The notes: generated by a model from the letters alone, not told the origin. A stretch of DNA of 64,000 nucleotides from an uncultured Planctomycetaceae bacterium (GCA_963833985.1 CAWIAD010000002.1:2752001-2816000); one strand, 5' to 3'. Counted from the first letter of the stretch, positions 46,558 to 56,742 are shown. A program made the numbers and translations.

Positions 46558-46660
46558 AAGACGAAAAAGACGAAAAAGACGAAAAAAGGACATGCATTGC
46601 AGTCTTCCGCTGGCCGGGCCGATCTGGTAGATTGCGTGGATCTTGCCAGGAGGGACGGCC

Positions 46661-47696
46661 ATGACGATCGCGCGCTGCGCATCTGGTTGATCCCAGTGTC
46701 ACCCGCTGGTATCACTGCATCACGCGGTGCGTGCGGCGGGCGTTTCTGCTGGGGGAGGGCGGGCTCGACCGCAAGGAATGGATCGAACGGCGAGTCCAGG
46801 AACTTGCGGAGATCTTCTCCGTGGCCGTGGGCGGGTTCGCCATCCTCGATAACCACCTGCACCTGCTGGTGCGGCTCGACCCGGATGTGGCGGCGGGGTG
46901 GTCGGATGAAGAGGTCGTGCGGCGCTGGGGGAGGCTGTTTCCGCCCCGCGACAGGGCGCGGCGGGCACTGCCGGTCTCGGACGGGTGGGTCCAGGAACGG
47001 CTGAAAGACGTGAAGTGGGTGGCGATGGCACGCCAGCGGCTGCAAGGCCTGAGCTGGTTCATGAAGTGCCTGAAGGAGCCGCTGTCGCGACTGGCCAACC
47101 GCGAGGAGAACACCCGCGGGGCGTTCTTCGAGGGGCGGTTCCAGAGCGTGGCGATCCTGGATGAGGAATCTCTGCTGGCGACGTGTGCTTATATCGATCT
47201 GAACCCGGTGGCGGCGGGGATCGCCCAGGTTCCGGAAGCCAGCCCGCACACGTCGATCAAGCAGCGAGTGGAGCACGTGCAGGAACAGGAGCGCGCGGAG
47301 GATCTGCAAGCCGCGAAGCAAGGCAGCGTGGCGGGGTCGAAAGCGGCGAGTGGGATGGAGGAGCAGCTCTGGCTCTGTCCGATCGAGGACCGCCGGGGGC
47401 TCGACTCGATGCGGGAAGGGATGCTCGAGGGGTTCTCGCTGGGGAACTACCTGCTGCTTGTGGACTACACCGGGCGGCTGTTTCGCGAAGGGAAGGCGAT
47501 GATCTCGGCGGAGCTGGCCGGGATATTGGAGCGGCTGGGGAGCAACTCGGAGAACTGGCAGGCGCGGCTGCTGAAGCTGGCCGGTGGCCGGCTGCTGGGC
47601 CGGTTCTTTGCGGCGAGCCGGGAACGGCTGCGGGATGTGGCCGGGCGGCTGGGCCGGCATCACCTGGCGAACCTGGGCGGGTGCCCGGCGCGGTGA
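46661..47696 (+). CDS. HUH Y1 tyrosine transposase / RAYT-like nuclease, frameshift near 46675
   Basis: WYHCITRCVRRAFL, ILDNHLHLLV (HUH), LSWFMKCL, FFEGRF, CAYIDLNPVAAG (catalytic Tyr); GGAGG RBS before ATG 46661. Confidence 0.9.
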
Positions 47697-47734
47697 AGCC
47701 GCGGCGAGATGCGCGGCGTGTTGGTCTCAGGTGC

Positions 47735-47917
47735 TGGTCGGCCTCACGGCCGAGGTTGGGGGCTGCACCCGTCCGAACCACGCGCTCACGCACGTGGTCA
47801 CGCGTATCAGCCTGGCGGGATCGCCCAGCCGAGCCACATGATCACGTACATAGGTGCCGACCTGAGCGGAAGTGGAGGCCGCGCCCGTCCGACCCACGCG
47901 CTCACGCACGTGGTCAC
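47735..47917 (-). repeat. One full and one partial inverted copy of the 67-bp repeat found at 24.3 kb
   Basis: Reverse complement of 47735-47801 matches 24323-24389 at 57/67; 47884-47917 repeats the CCACGCGCTCACGCACGTGGTCAC half. Confidence 0.85.
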
Positions 47918-48003
47918 TCACCCCGCGCCAGGCAGATGACGAGATCGCGTGGCGAGCCTTTCGCCGACTGTCATTACAGGTTCGTGGATGACCGCGAGAA
48001 CCA

Positions 48004-48192
48004 TCCGGCCACGGTTCCACGAATGGTGGGCCTCGCGGGGACGCTCGACCCACCCTACCGGGCGGCCAATCCCCGGGCCAGTTCGACGCGCTTCCGGCCA
48101 CGGTTCCAGGAAAGGTGGGCCTCGCGGGGACGCTCGACCCACCCTACCGGGCGGCCAATCCCCGTGCCAGTCCGACGCGCTTCCGGCCACGG
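48004..48192. repeat. 89-bp tandem duplication, each unit containing a GTAG-type REP
   Basis: Units start 48004, 48093, 48182 (partial); minus-strand GTAGGGTGGGTCGAGCGTCCCCGCGAGGCCCACC at 48025-48058 and 48114-48147. Confidence 0.85.
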
Positions 48193-48342
48193 CAACGAGC
48201 ATGGGATTCGGTTGCTGAGCCGATCAAGGGACGCCCTGGGAGGGAGAGAGTCCAATGCCTGTCCTTTCTTCTCTCTTCTCCTTTCTTCTCTCTGTCCTTT
48301 CTTCTTCCTTTCTTCTCTCGGCATGGCGGCCGCCAGGCAGCC

Positions 48343-48821
48343 TCATGTCTTCCTGGGCGTCTTTCGCTTCGACTCCGAGACCGAAGCCTCGCACCGCGCG
48401 ATATACTTCCGCGCGGGTACGCGCCGGATCGTGTCGCCGATCACCTCGAGTGCCAGGTCGTCCAACTTCTTGAAGCGGATGCACGACTTGCCCATGTCGA
48501 GTTTCTTGCCGGTCTGCGCCAGGCCTCCCGAAACGAGTTCGCCTGCTCGCTGTCGGCGTAGACGCACATCAGGTAAAGCGACATGTAATTCTTCTGCGAG
48601 GCAAGCGCCGCGAACGGCAAGGGTTGCTTCGGGTCGCAGTGGTAGCCCGCCGGGTGCACGCGGTGCGGCACATAATACCCGATCATGCCGTACTGGATGC
48701 CTTCTTCGTAGTCCTTGTCCAGGTTCCTGAGAATGACCTGGCGCACTCCCTGGAGCGCGCTGCGGCGATCCTCCGGCAGTGCGGCGAGATACTCTTCAAC
48801 GGTCGCGGGCTTCTCGGGCAT
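48343..48821 (-). CDS. DUF1801 domain protein, frameshift near 48530
   Basis: TVEEYLAALPEDRR, YGMIGYYVP, ALASQKNYMSLY, then LDMGKSCIRFKKLDDL in the next frame. Confidence 0.88.
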
Positions 48822-49478
48822 GGGGCACCTCAGGCGGTGGGGAAGGGTTGGGGACAAGGATGGGGAAGGCTGCGGTCGACATCGTCCTGAGCCGGTGAGC
48901 GGGGGGACCGACATGGTCCTTGAGTAACGCCTGGATCGCCTCCTGATCTCCTGGGTAAGTCGGAAGGCGGCGATGTGGTTGGGCACCTTGACGCGCAGTA
49001 CGAACGGTTCGTCGACCCACTCCCACCCGCGGATCCTGTCCCAGGAATAGAAATTGGTACTCCACAAGAGCCCGTGCTCGCGGAATTCGAGATAGGTAGG
49101 GCGTAGGCAAGGGTACATGCAGACGAGTGCCCCGCAGGTTCCCAGGATCCAGACATCAACCAGATTCATCACGACATCCGTCGTGGTACATGCCCTGCCG
49201 GGGGCAGGGGAGTTAATTGCCACCCGGTGGCTCATGGGGACGATCAGCAGCAAGCCGCAAGCCAGGGCGAGGACTCTCTCCCAGCGTTGCGCACGCGGGC
49301 GAACGGCCGTGTATTGCCGGCTGCCCGCCTGCCTGAGGTGTTGCCAGCGCACCACCCAGCAGTGGCATACGGGAAAGATCATGGGCAGGAACGCCACGCC
49401 CGCGCCGAGCACCAGTGCGACGGCCGCCACCGCGACCATCATTCCCCGGATCGAGAAACGCAGCCAGTGCAACCGCAT
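48796..49478 (-). CDS. Hypothetical membrane protein, probable frameshift near 48955
   Basis: MRLHWLRFSIRGMMVAVAAVAL leader, TM helices, GGAGGA RBS; 3' end uncertain. Confidence 0.55.
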
Positions 49479-49501
49479 GACGCTTCCTCCGCTTGGTTCG
49501 C

Positions 49502-49939
49502 TCAATGGGCGCGCTTCAGCCTGCGCCAGGTCTCGTCGACGTCGATGGCCGTCCCGGGGGCGGACCTGATGGATAGCTCATCCCCCTTGTACTTGAGGAT
49601 GTAGGCGTATTCGTTGCCCTTGAGGTGGTCGAAGCCCGGGCTCACGAACTCGCATTTCTCTCGGTAGATGTCGCCGCTGAGCGTCCACGTTCCGCCCGCG
49701 GTGGCCAGCACGGTCATCTTCTTGGTGTCGTAGGTGACCCACGTGAAATGGGTGGAAGTGACGTGCTTGATGCTCTTCACGTCCTTGAATTGCGCGGGGA
49801 GCCGCAGTGAGAGGTTCATCCAGGTGCCGAGTATCCCGTTCTTGATGCGCTCCTCGTCCGGCTCCGCTCCATTCCCGCCAGCCGCCCGCAGAGCCACCAG
49901 CCCGATCGCGATGCCGATGAGCAGCCTCTTCATGGTCAT
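49502..49939 (-). CDS. Secreted hypothetical protein (lipocalin-like beta-barrel)
   Basis: Signal peptide; ILGTW, GGTWTLSGDIYRE, DETWRR. Confidence 0.7.
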   Translation of the reverse strand: MTMKRLLIGIAIGLVALRAAGGNGAEPDEERIKNGILGTWMNLSLRLPAQFKDVKSIKHVTSTHFTWVTYDTKKMTVLATAGGTWTLSGDIYREKCEFVSPGFDHLKGNEYAYILKYKGDELSIRSAPGTAIDVDETWRRLKRAH

Positions 49940-49984
49940 GCCCCTTCCTGTCCGATGTCACCCGCAGCCGCGTGCGGCGCAACG

Positions 49985-51238
49985 TTATTTGTGGAATTCA
50001 GGCGCGGGCAAGAAACGATTGTCGTGCAGGTCTCCATGCTCGTTGAAGTAGCGCTTGCGCTTGGCCGAGTTCTGATAGAAAGTGGTCAAGGACGGGTAGG
50101 CCAGCAGCAGGACCAGGACCAGAACGTATGCCGGCCGGCCCAGCCGGGCGCGCACCACCCGCGTGCCCTCGGCGATCATCAGGTAAAACGGAGGCACGAG
50201 CTCGATCATCAGGCGACCATGCAAGGGATATTTTCTCAGGCCGGCGGCCGCCACCGCCAGCAAAATCGGCAGCGTGAGGACGAGCCATGCCGCGCCGTCC
50301 CGCGCGGCCATTGAGCCGGCACCGATCAGCAGCAGCACGATGGGCAAGGCCACCCACCAGGCCGGCAGCACGGGTGCCAGCAGGTTGAGCGGGTTGACGA
50401 AGATCTCCAGCAGCACTCCCGCCACCTTCACCACGTCCGCCCAGCCTGACGGCGGCAAGGGCAAGAAAGCAAAGTTCCAGAACACATACATGGAGGTCGC
50501 GGGATGCAGCAAGGCGTGTGATGCCCGGTACGCCAGGGTAAAGTTCAGGGTCCAGCCCGCGGCGATGGCCAGCAGCCAGCCGACTTCGGCCCACGCTCGT
50601 TTTGACAGCCGGTTGATCAGCAGGGCCGTGCCGCACCCGGCGATCACGAACGACGAAGAGAACGAGAACCAGGGGGCCGCAACCATGAGCACGACGAGCG
50701 CCGCCAGCGCTCTGCCGCGCAGCGCGCCGTCGAGCCATTGCAGGCTCAGCAGCGTGATCGCCAGCCCGATCAGCAGATCGCAGGAATATGGCTTCAGCTC
50801 GCTGGAGTAATAGACCATGTCGTCCGACAGGGCAAAGAGCACCAGGGCGACCATCGCGGGCCCGGGCGCGAGCAACCGGAAGGCCAGCCGCTTGAACAGC
50901 CAGAGTGACGCGATGCCGCAGATGAGCGGGACCAGGCGCGTGGCGTAGCCCGAGGTCCCAAGGAGCGTCACGATCACCCGCTCGACGATCACGAAGCCGA
51001 AAGGCGCGAGCTGGTCGCCGCTGAGACAGGTGGAGAAGTCGAGGATCCGCACTCCGATGAAGTTGCTCAGAAGCGAGCCCTCGTCCATCCAGTAGGGGCG
51101 GTTCCAGAGATACGCCACAACCCGCAGCAGCACACCCAGCCAGCAGAGATCCTCGACCGGATGATCCCTGAGGGCCAGCCAGAGGGGTCGCAGGTCGACC
51201 TCCATGGAGAGGATTCGCCGGGACAATCCCATGAGCAT
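49985..51238 (-). CDS. GT-C fold membrane glycosyltransferase (ArnT/PMT-like), start uncertain
   Basis: RPYWMDEGS, APFGF, TRLVPLICG, YYSSELKPYSCD, many TM helices. Confidence 0.8.
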   Translation of the reverse strand: MLMGLSRRILSMEVDLRPLWLALRDHPVEDLCWLGVLLRVVAYLWNRPYWMDEGSLLSNFIGVRILDFSTCLSGDQLAPFGFVIVERVIVTLLGTSGYATRLVPLICGIASLWLFKRLAFRLLAPGPAMVALVLFALSDDMVYYSSELKPYSCDLLIGLAITLLSLQWLDGALRGRALAALVVLMVAAPWFSFSSSFVIAGCGTALLINRLSKRAWAEVGWLLAIAAGWTLNFTLAYRASHALLHPATSMYVFWNFAFLPLPPSGWADVVKVAGVLLEIFVNPLNLLAPVLPAWWVALPIVLLLIGAGSMAARDGAAWLVLTLPILLAVAAAGLRKYPLHGRLMIELVPPFYLMIAEGTRVVRARLGRPAYVLVLVLLLAYPSLTTFYQNSAKRKRYFNEHGDLHDNRFLPAPEFHK

Positions 51239-51412
51239 GCGCCCTCGAACGTGGCCTCGAGCCTCGACTTCCCTCAAAAGAATGAGGATATCGTCACCAT
51301 GCCGGATCTGGCTGTCAATCGAGCGCAGAGCGGCTGCAACGTGCCTGCGGGGGCCGGACCCGGTAAACTGGAGCACCAGCCCGAACGATCCTGACCCGAG
51401 GGCACCCTCACC

Positions 51413-52075
51413 ATGCGCATCACCTGGTACGGCCACGCCGCGTTCCTCATCGAAACGGAGGGATCGCGGATCATCCTTGACCCGTATCGCTCGCCCGATT
51501 CGGGCGGTTATTTGCCGATCGACGAGCCGGCCGACATCGTGGTCGTCAGTCACGAGAACGACCGCTACCACAGCCACACCGGGCAGATCGTGCCTCCCTT
51601 CCAGCTCATCCGTGCTCTCGATCTGCCGCCCGCCGGAAACGAGGCCCGCGGCATCCGCTTCCGGGCGATCCACGTATTCGAGACGCCCGAGCGCAAGGCC
51701 GAGGACGAGGTGACCATCGTCCACTTCACCACGGAAGGGCTGCACCTGGTGTTCCTGGGCGACCTGGGGCATGCACTCGAGGAAGCGGATCTGGTCCCCC
51801 TGCGCGGGGCCGACGTGCTGCTGGTGCCGGCCGGAGGGCCCCCGACCATCGATTTCCCGCTCATCCCTGCCCTGGTCGACGCCATCGGCCCCCGGCTGGT
51901 GCTGCCGATGCACTACAAGACGCCGAAGATCAACCTCAACATCCAGCCCGTGGAGCGGTTTCTGGCGGTGCTGCCGGACGAGCTTGTGGAGCGCGCTGGG
52001 GCAAGCTCGGTCGAAGTCACGCGAGCCAGCTTGCCGGCACGGCGGACAATCGTCTTGCTCGACCACGCACGCTGA
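51413..52075 (+). CDS. Metallo-beta-lactamase-fold hydrolase
   Basis: MRITWYGHAAFLIE, ILDPY, VVSHENDRYHS, FLGDLG, LPMHYKT. Confidence 0.9.
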   Translation: MRITWYGHAAFLIETEGSRIILDPYRSPDSGGYLPIDEPADIVVVSHENDRYHSHTGQIVPPFQLIRALDLPPAGNEARGIRFRAIHVFETPERKAEDEVTIVHFTTEGLHLVFLGDLGHALEEADLVPLRGADVLLVPAGGPPTIDFPLIPALVDAIGPRLVLPMHYKTPKINLNIQPVERFLAVLPDELVERAGASSVEVTRASLPARRTIVLLDHAR

Positions 52076-52179
52076 AGGGCCAGGACAGGAAACCGCCGGG
52101 TGGACGCTTGACCGGGCTGGTGGCACCGCGTCCAATGAGCTTCCTGGGGGAAAGAACAACCTGACGCTGGAAACCGAGC

Positions 52180-53673
52180 ATGAAACGTTACCTTGCGGTG
52201 GCCCTGGTCGCTTTTGGCGGAACCCTTGTCTCGGCGGCCGAGCCGGCCGCGGCACTGCCGCGTTCCAGTCCCGAGGCCCAGGGAATGGCCTCGTCGGCCA
52301 TCCTGGCGTTCGTCGAGGCAGCCGACAGGTCGGTGGATGCGATCCACAGCGTCGTGGTCGTGAGGCACGGGCACGTCGTCGCCGCGGGCTGGTGGTCTCC
52401 CTACGAGGCCGGCTCACCGCACTCGCTCTACTCGCTGAGCAAGAGCTTCACCTCCACGGCCGTGGGGCTGGCTGTGGGCGAAGGCAAGCTGAGCGTCGAT
52501 GATGAGGTGCTCAAGTTCTTCCCGGATGAGGCCCCCGAGTCACCGAGCTCCAACCTCAAGGCCATGCGCGTGCGCGACCTGTTGCGCATGTCCACCGGGC
52601 ACCAGTCCGAGCCGAGCGTCAACGGCAAGCCGAACTGGGCCAGGGCCTTCCTGGCGCAGGCGGTCCCGAACAAGCCGGGGACGCATTTCCTGTACAACAC
52701 GGCGGCCACCTACATGCTCTCGGCCATCGTCCAGAAGGCCACCGGCATGACGGTGCTCGACTACCTGCGGCCCCGCCTCTTCGACCCGCTGGGCATCGAA
52801 CATCCCACCTGGGGCACCAGCCCGCAGGGCGTGTCCCTGGGCGGCTACGGCCTGAGCATCCGCACCGAGGACATCGCCCGCTTCGGCCAGCTTTACCTCC
52901 AGAAGGGAGAATGGCAGGGCAGGCAGCTCGTCCCCGCAGCCTGGGTGCACGCCGCCACGGCGCGTCAGACCTCCAACGGCAGCAACCCCAGGAGCGACTG
53001 GGAGCAGGGCTACGGCTACCAGTTCTGGCGCTGCCGGCATGGAGCGTTTCGCGGTGACGGAGCCTTCGGCCAGTTCTGCATCGTGCTTCCCGAACAGGAC
53101 GCGGTCATCGCCATCACCAGCGGCACGAAGAACATGCAGAACGTGCTGAACCTGGTGTGGGAGCACCTCCTGCCCGCCATGAAGCCCGCTCCTCTGGCCG
53201 AGGACGAGAGCGCCCGCAAGGCGCTTGAGCATGCCCTGGGCAGCCTCGCGCTGCACCCGCAGGAGGGTTCGGGCACGCCCTCCGCCGCGACCATCGCGAG
53301 CCTGATGAACAAGAAATACGTCTTCCCCGAGAATGACCGCAAGCTCGAGGCCATCACGCTGGAAGGCGGAGGCCCCGGCGGCGAGACGACGATCGTGGCG
53401 CGCACGGGGGGCAGCGACCAGCGCATCGTCTGCGACCGGGGCGCCTGGCACAAGGGCGAGCTGGCGCTCGGGATGCTGCCACGGCAGCCGGCGGCGGCCA
53501 GCGGCGCCTGGACTGCCGACGACACGTTCACGGCCCGGATCTGCTTCTACGAGACGCCCTTCCTGTACACGCTGCACTTCAAGCTTGCGGACGGGAAGCT
53601 GCTCCTGGATGCGGAGTCCAACGTCGGCTTCGGGCCCACCCGGCAGCCGCAACTGGTCGGAACCACGGAGTGA
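52180..53673 (+). CDS. Secreted serine hydrolase, beta-lactamase (class C-like) family
   Basis: Signal peptide; YSLSKSF (SxxK), LLRMSTG, FLYNT, YGYQFW, GDGAFGQ. Confidence 0.9.
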   Translation: MKRYLAVALVAFGGTLVSAAEPAAALPRSSPEAQGMASSAILAFVEAADRSVDAIHSVVVVRHGHVVAAGWWSPYEAGSPHSLYSLSKSFTSTAVGLAVGEGKLSVDDEVLKFFPDEAPESPSSNLKAMRVRDLLRMSTGHQSEPSVNGKPNWARAFLAQAVPNKPGTHFLYNTAATYMLSAIVQKATGMTVLDYLRPRLFDPLGIEHPTWGTSPQGVSLGGYGLSIRTEDIARFGQLYLQKGEWQGRQLVPAAWVHAATARQTSNGSNPRSDWEQGYGYQFWRCRHGAFRGDGAFGQFCIVLPEQDAVIAITSGTKNMQNVLNLVWEHLLPAMKPAPLAEDESARKALEHALGSLALHPQEGSGTPSAATIASLMNKKYVFPENDRKLEAITLEGGGPGGETTIVARTGGSDQRIVCDRGAWHKGELALGMLPRQPAAASGAWTADDTFTARICFYETPFLYTLHFKLADGKLLLDAESNVGFGPTRQPQLVGTTE

Positions 53674-53692
53674 CAGCCGGACCGCGCGGCGG

Positions 53693-54241
53693 TCACGAGG
53701 GGTCCTCCGTGACCCGCACGCCGTGCGCCGCGGCGCGTTCCAGGATCTCGTCGAGTGCTTGCTTCACCAGGTCTCCGGCGTGCACGGTCTGTGTCTCGCC
53801 CGACCTGGTCAGGCAGTTCAGGTGGACGTTCACCTTCCCCCGGGCTCCCCGCACCCGCGCGATGTGGATCTCGCGCAGGCTGTCGAAGCGGATGCTGTGC
53901 ACCGTTGGGCTGAACCACATGCCGTAGCTGCACTCGAAGTGCTGGTCGTCCACCACCACGCGGTTACTGTACATGGCCGGCACCACCGCAACCAGCAGGA
54001 ACGGACCCAGGAACAGCAGGCCATAGCCCATGCGCTTGTTGACCGAGCGCAGGAACCATCCGGCCGGCAGCGCGGCGATCGCTCCGGCGATGATCGCCGG
54101 GCCCATCCACCAGGCGAAGTGGTAGACCGGCTGATCTCCTTTCTCGACGCGCTCGTAGCAGCCCGAGAAGAACAGCAAGGCTGGCAGCACAAGGGAAGCG
54201 GCCAGTCGTGGCACACAAGGTGTGGGAAGTGGACGTTCCAA
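53693..54241 (-). CDS. Hypothetical lipoprotein / membrane protein
   Basis: LFFSGC lipobox-like motif and two TM helices. Confidence 0.65.
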   Translation of the reverse strand: MERPLPTPCVPRLAASLVLPALLFFSGCYERVEKGDQPVYHFAWWMGPAIIAGAIAALPAGWFLRSVNKRMGYGLLFLGPFLLVAVVPAMYSNRVVVDDQHFECSYGMWFSPTVHSIRFDSLREIHIARVRGARGKVNVHLNCLTRSGETQTVHAGDLVKQALDEILERAAAHGVRVTEDPS

Positions 54242-54372
54242 GTTATGTGTCCTCCGGAAACGCTTGAATCGGGTACCCTTGCGGTCCGCGCAGCAGCGAA
54301 CCCCGAGCGCCGCTGCCGGTGAGATGCACGATCACTTCCGTAGCAGGCGATTTTCGGCCGCTGACAGGGCGC

Positions 54373-55533
54373 TCATAGTTCGCGTAAGGCCGCGATGACC
54401 TCCAGGCGCACGGCGCGGAGAGCCGGCAGCATGCCGCCGAAGAGTCCCATGGCCAGGGTCATGATCACCGCCACCGCGGCGACCGTCCAGCCGAACCGGA
54501 ACGAGATCGAGATCGAGGCGAAGCTGCCCATGTTGAAGGTCTCGATCGTCAGGAAGTTGAGCGGCAGCGTGGCCAGCAGGCCCAGTGCGCCGCCCAGGGC
54601 GCACAGCAGGAACGATTCGCCCAGGAAGGAGATGAGGATATCGGACTGGGGGAACCCCAGGGCCCTCATGGTACCGATCTCGCGGGTCCGCGAGCTGACG
54701 GCGGCGAACATCGTGTTGGCCGCGGCGAACATGGCTCCGAAGGTGAGCAGCACGGCGATCAACGTTCCGGCGGCCTGAAGGAACAGGCTCATGCGCGATT
54801 GTTCCTCGAAGTAGGCCTTCTCGGACTTGGCCTCGAGCTTGAACTCGGTGTTGTCGTTGATGGTCTTCTGGAGCTTCTCGAAATCGGGCAGGCTGGCGGC
54901 GCGCAACTGGACACAGGAGACCGATCCGTCCCGTCCCGTGTTCTTCTCGACGTCCTTCAGATCGGCCCAGACCTCGCTCTCCGCCGCACTGCCGCCGGCC
55001 GTGAAGATGCCCACCACGCGGTACTGTTCCTTGTCGCCGAAGGAGAGCAGCCCGCCGATCTGTCCACCCTTGAACTTACGCGCGATCGTCTTGCTGACGA
55101 TGCACTCGCCGCGGCCCTCGACGAAGTCGCGCCCGGCCACGATCTTGAACTCGGGCCGCAGCAGACGAGACGCCGGCTGCACGCCCCGGATGATGATGTT
55201 GTTGCGGGTGCCGTTGGCGCGCTCGCCGTTGGCGATGTTCAGCAGCTCCTTGGCGGCCAGCGGCATGCCCGAATTGTGCTCGATGCCGTCGAGGGTCAGC
55301 AGCTTGTCAGCCTTGTCGCTCTCGAACCCGCCCGACGTCTCATTCGAGGAGCCCTTGCGGAGCACGATCAGGTCGAGCGGATCGCCCGAGATCTTCAGGC
55401 TGTACTCGAGACCCTCCACCAGGCCGAAGAGGATGCACGACGATGCCACCAGGAGCGCCGTGCCGACGACCGTCATGAGCGTCGTCTTCCAGCGGACCCG
55501 GAGGTTGCGCACGTTGTATTTGAGCGGGATCAT
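54373..55533 (-). CDS. ABC transporter permease (MacB/FtsX family)
   Basis: RWKTTLMT, YRVVGIF, ESEVWADL, RTREIGTMRALGF, GGMLPALRA. Confidence 0.92.
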   Translation of the reverse strand: MIPLKYNVRNLRVRWKTTLMTVVGTALLVASSCILFGLVEGLEYSLKISGDPLDLIVLRKGSSNETSGGFESDKADKLLTLDGIEHNSGMPLAAKELLNIANGERANGTRNNIIIRGVQPASRLLRPEFKIVAGRDFVEGRGECIVSKTIARKFKGGQIGGLLSFGDKEQYRVVGIFTAGGSAAESEVWADLKDVEKNTGRDGSVSCVQLRAASLPDFEKLQKTINDNTEFKLEAKSEKAYFEEQSRMSLFLQAAGTLIAVLLTFGAMFAAANTMFAAVSSRTREIGTMRALGFPQSDILISFLGESFLLCALGGALGLLATLPLNFLTIETFNMGSFASISISFRFGWTVAAVAVIMTLAMGLFGGMLPALRAVRLEVIAALREL

Positions 55534-55539
55534 GACGAC

Positions 55540-56742
55540 TTACACCACCTTCCTCAGTCCATTGATCACCGACGAATTGGCTGCGAGGAGCGCGGGGGCC
55601 AGGCCGCTGGCGAAGCCAACGAAGAGCGCGACGCCCAGGCCGAAGAGGGCGATGTCCCAGGAGACGTAAAAGAACGGCAAAAAGCCGCCGGTGTAGGGGG
55701 CGATGTCGACGAAGTCGAAGAAGTACTTGCTTCCCACCGCGCCGATCAGGCCACCCAGGCCGGCCACCAGAACGGCCTCGGAGAGCACCAGGAAGAGCAC
55801 CAGGCCCTTGGGGAAGCCGATCGCCTTGAGGATCGCGACCTCGCTGGTGCGCTCGCGCATCGCCATCGCCATGGCGTTGCCCGCCACGAACAGCAGCGCC
55901 ACCACGATCGCCAGGCCAATCCCGTAGATGGCATAGCGCAGGTCGCCCAGCATGTCGGCGAACATCTTGTCGAAGGCTTCCTCCGTCTGGGTGCGCGTCG
56001 GGTAATTGCTGTTGCGGTACAGGTCGTCGATCTTGTTGCCCAGCGAGGGCATGATATTGCCGTTCTTGCACTTCAGAAAGATGATGCCGGCGTTGCCCGA
56101 GACACGGGCGCTGGCCGGCGCCAGCGAGCCGCCGGAGGCCGCGCTCATCGTCACCCGCTTCAGCGCCTCGTCGAAATAATCAAAGTGGAACAGGCACATC
56201 CGCTGGTCGCTGTTCGATGGGCCGCTGTAGATTCCGCGGATGGTCAGGTTCATGTCCACCGGGTAGAGGTCGCCCTTCAGCGGCAGCGAGTCGCCGACCT
56301 TCAGGCCGCGGTCCCGGGCCAGTTTGGCGCCGATGATGCAGCCGTCCTTGTTCGCCTTGAAAGCCTGAAGCTGCGCGGGCGGCACGACCAGCTCATCCAT
56401 GACGTTGAAGATGGTCTCCGCGTCAACCGCGAACTGGGAGAACGGCACGACCTCGTCATGGTACTTGCCGCCGTACCAGTTGAAAGGAGTGGCCGCCAGC
56501 ACGCCGTCCATCCGCGCCACCTCGCCCACGAACGAGATCGGCACCATCCCGGCGAAGCCGTTGGCGTTCATCGTCACCAGGCGGTTGTGGATCTTCGATG
56601 CCGCGGCGATCTCGTTGTTGATGGCGAAGAACGCCAGCAGCAGCATCATCAGGAACAGGCAGATCGCCGTCGAGGCGATCGTCAGCAGCGATCGGACAGG
56701 ATTGCGGCGCGCATTCCGGAAGATGTAAGGGAGGTGCTTCAT
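55540..56742 (-). CDS. ABC transporter permease (MacB/FtsX family), paralog B
   Basis: RNARRNPVRSLLT, GDSLPLKGD, RERTSEVAILKAIGF. Confidence 0.92.
   Translation of the reverse strand: MKHLPYIFRNARRNPVRSLLTIASTAICLFLMMLLLAFFAINNEIAAASKIHNRLVTMNANGFAGMVPISFVGEVARMDGVLAATPFNWYGGKYHDEVVPFSQFAVDAETIFNVMDELVVPPAQLQAFKANKDGCIIGAKLARDRGLKVGDSLPLKGDLYPVDMNLTIRGIYSGPSNSDQRMCLFHFDYFDEALKRVTMSAASGGSLAPASARVSGNAGIIFLKCKNGNIMPSLGNKIDDLYRNSNYPTRTQTEEAFDKMFADMLGDLRYAIYGIGLAIVVALLFVAGNAMAMAMRERTSEVAILKAIGFPKGLVLFLVLSEAVLVAGLGGLIGAVGSKYFFDFVDIAPYTGGFLPFFYVSWDIALFGLGVALFVGFASGLAPALLAANSSVINGLRKVV

Larger units (their letters stand above)
46585..48267 (+). mobile_element. HUH/Y1 (RAYT-like) transposase element bounded by 15-bp inverted motifs
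   Basis: AAAGGACATGCATTG (46585-46599) and CAATGCCTGTCCTTT (48253-48267) are 14/15 complementary; they enclose the Y1 gene and REP-type repeats. Confidence 0.65.

Noticed and set aside
48441..49505. 354-aa membrane protein / DUF1801 fusion in the ORF track
   Set aside because: Better explained as two genes joined by frameshifts near 48955 and 48530
51239..52417. Long N-terminal extension of the 810-aa minus-strand ORF
   Set aside because: Antisense shadow of the MBL hydrolase and serine hydrolase genes
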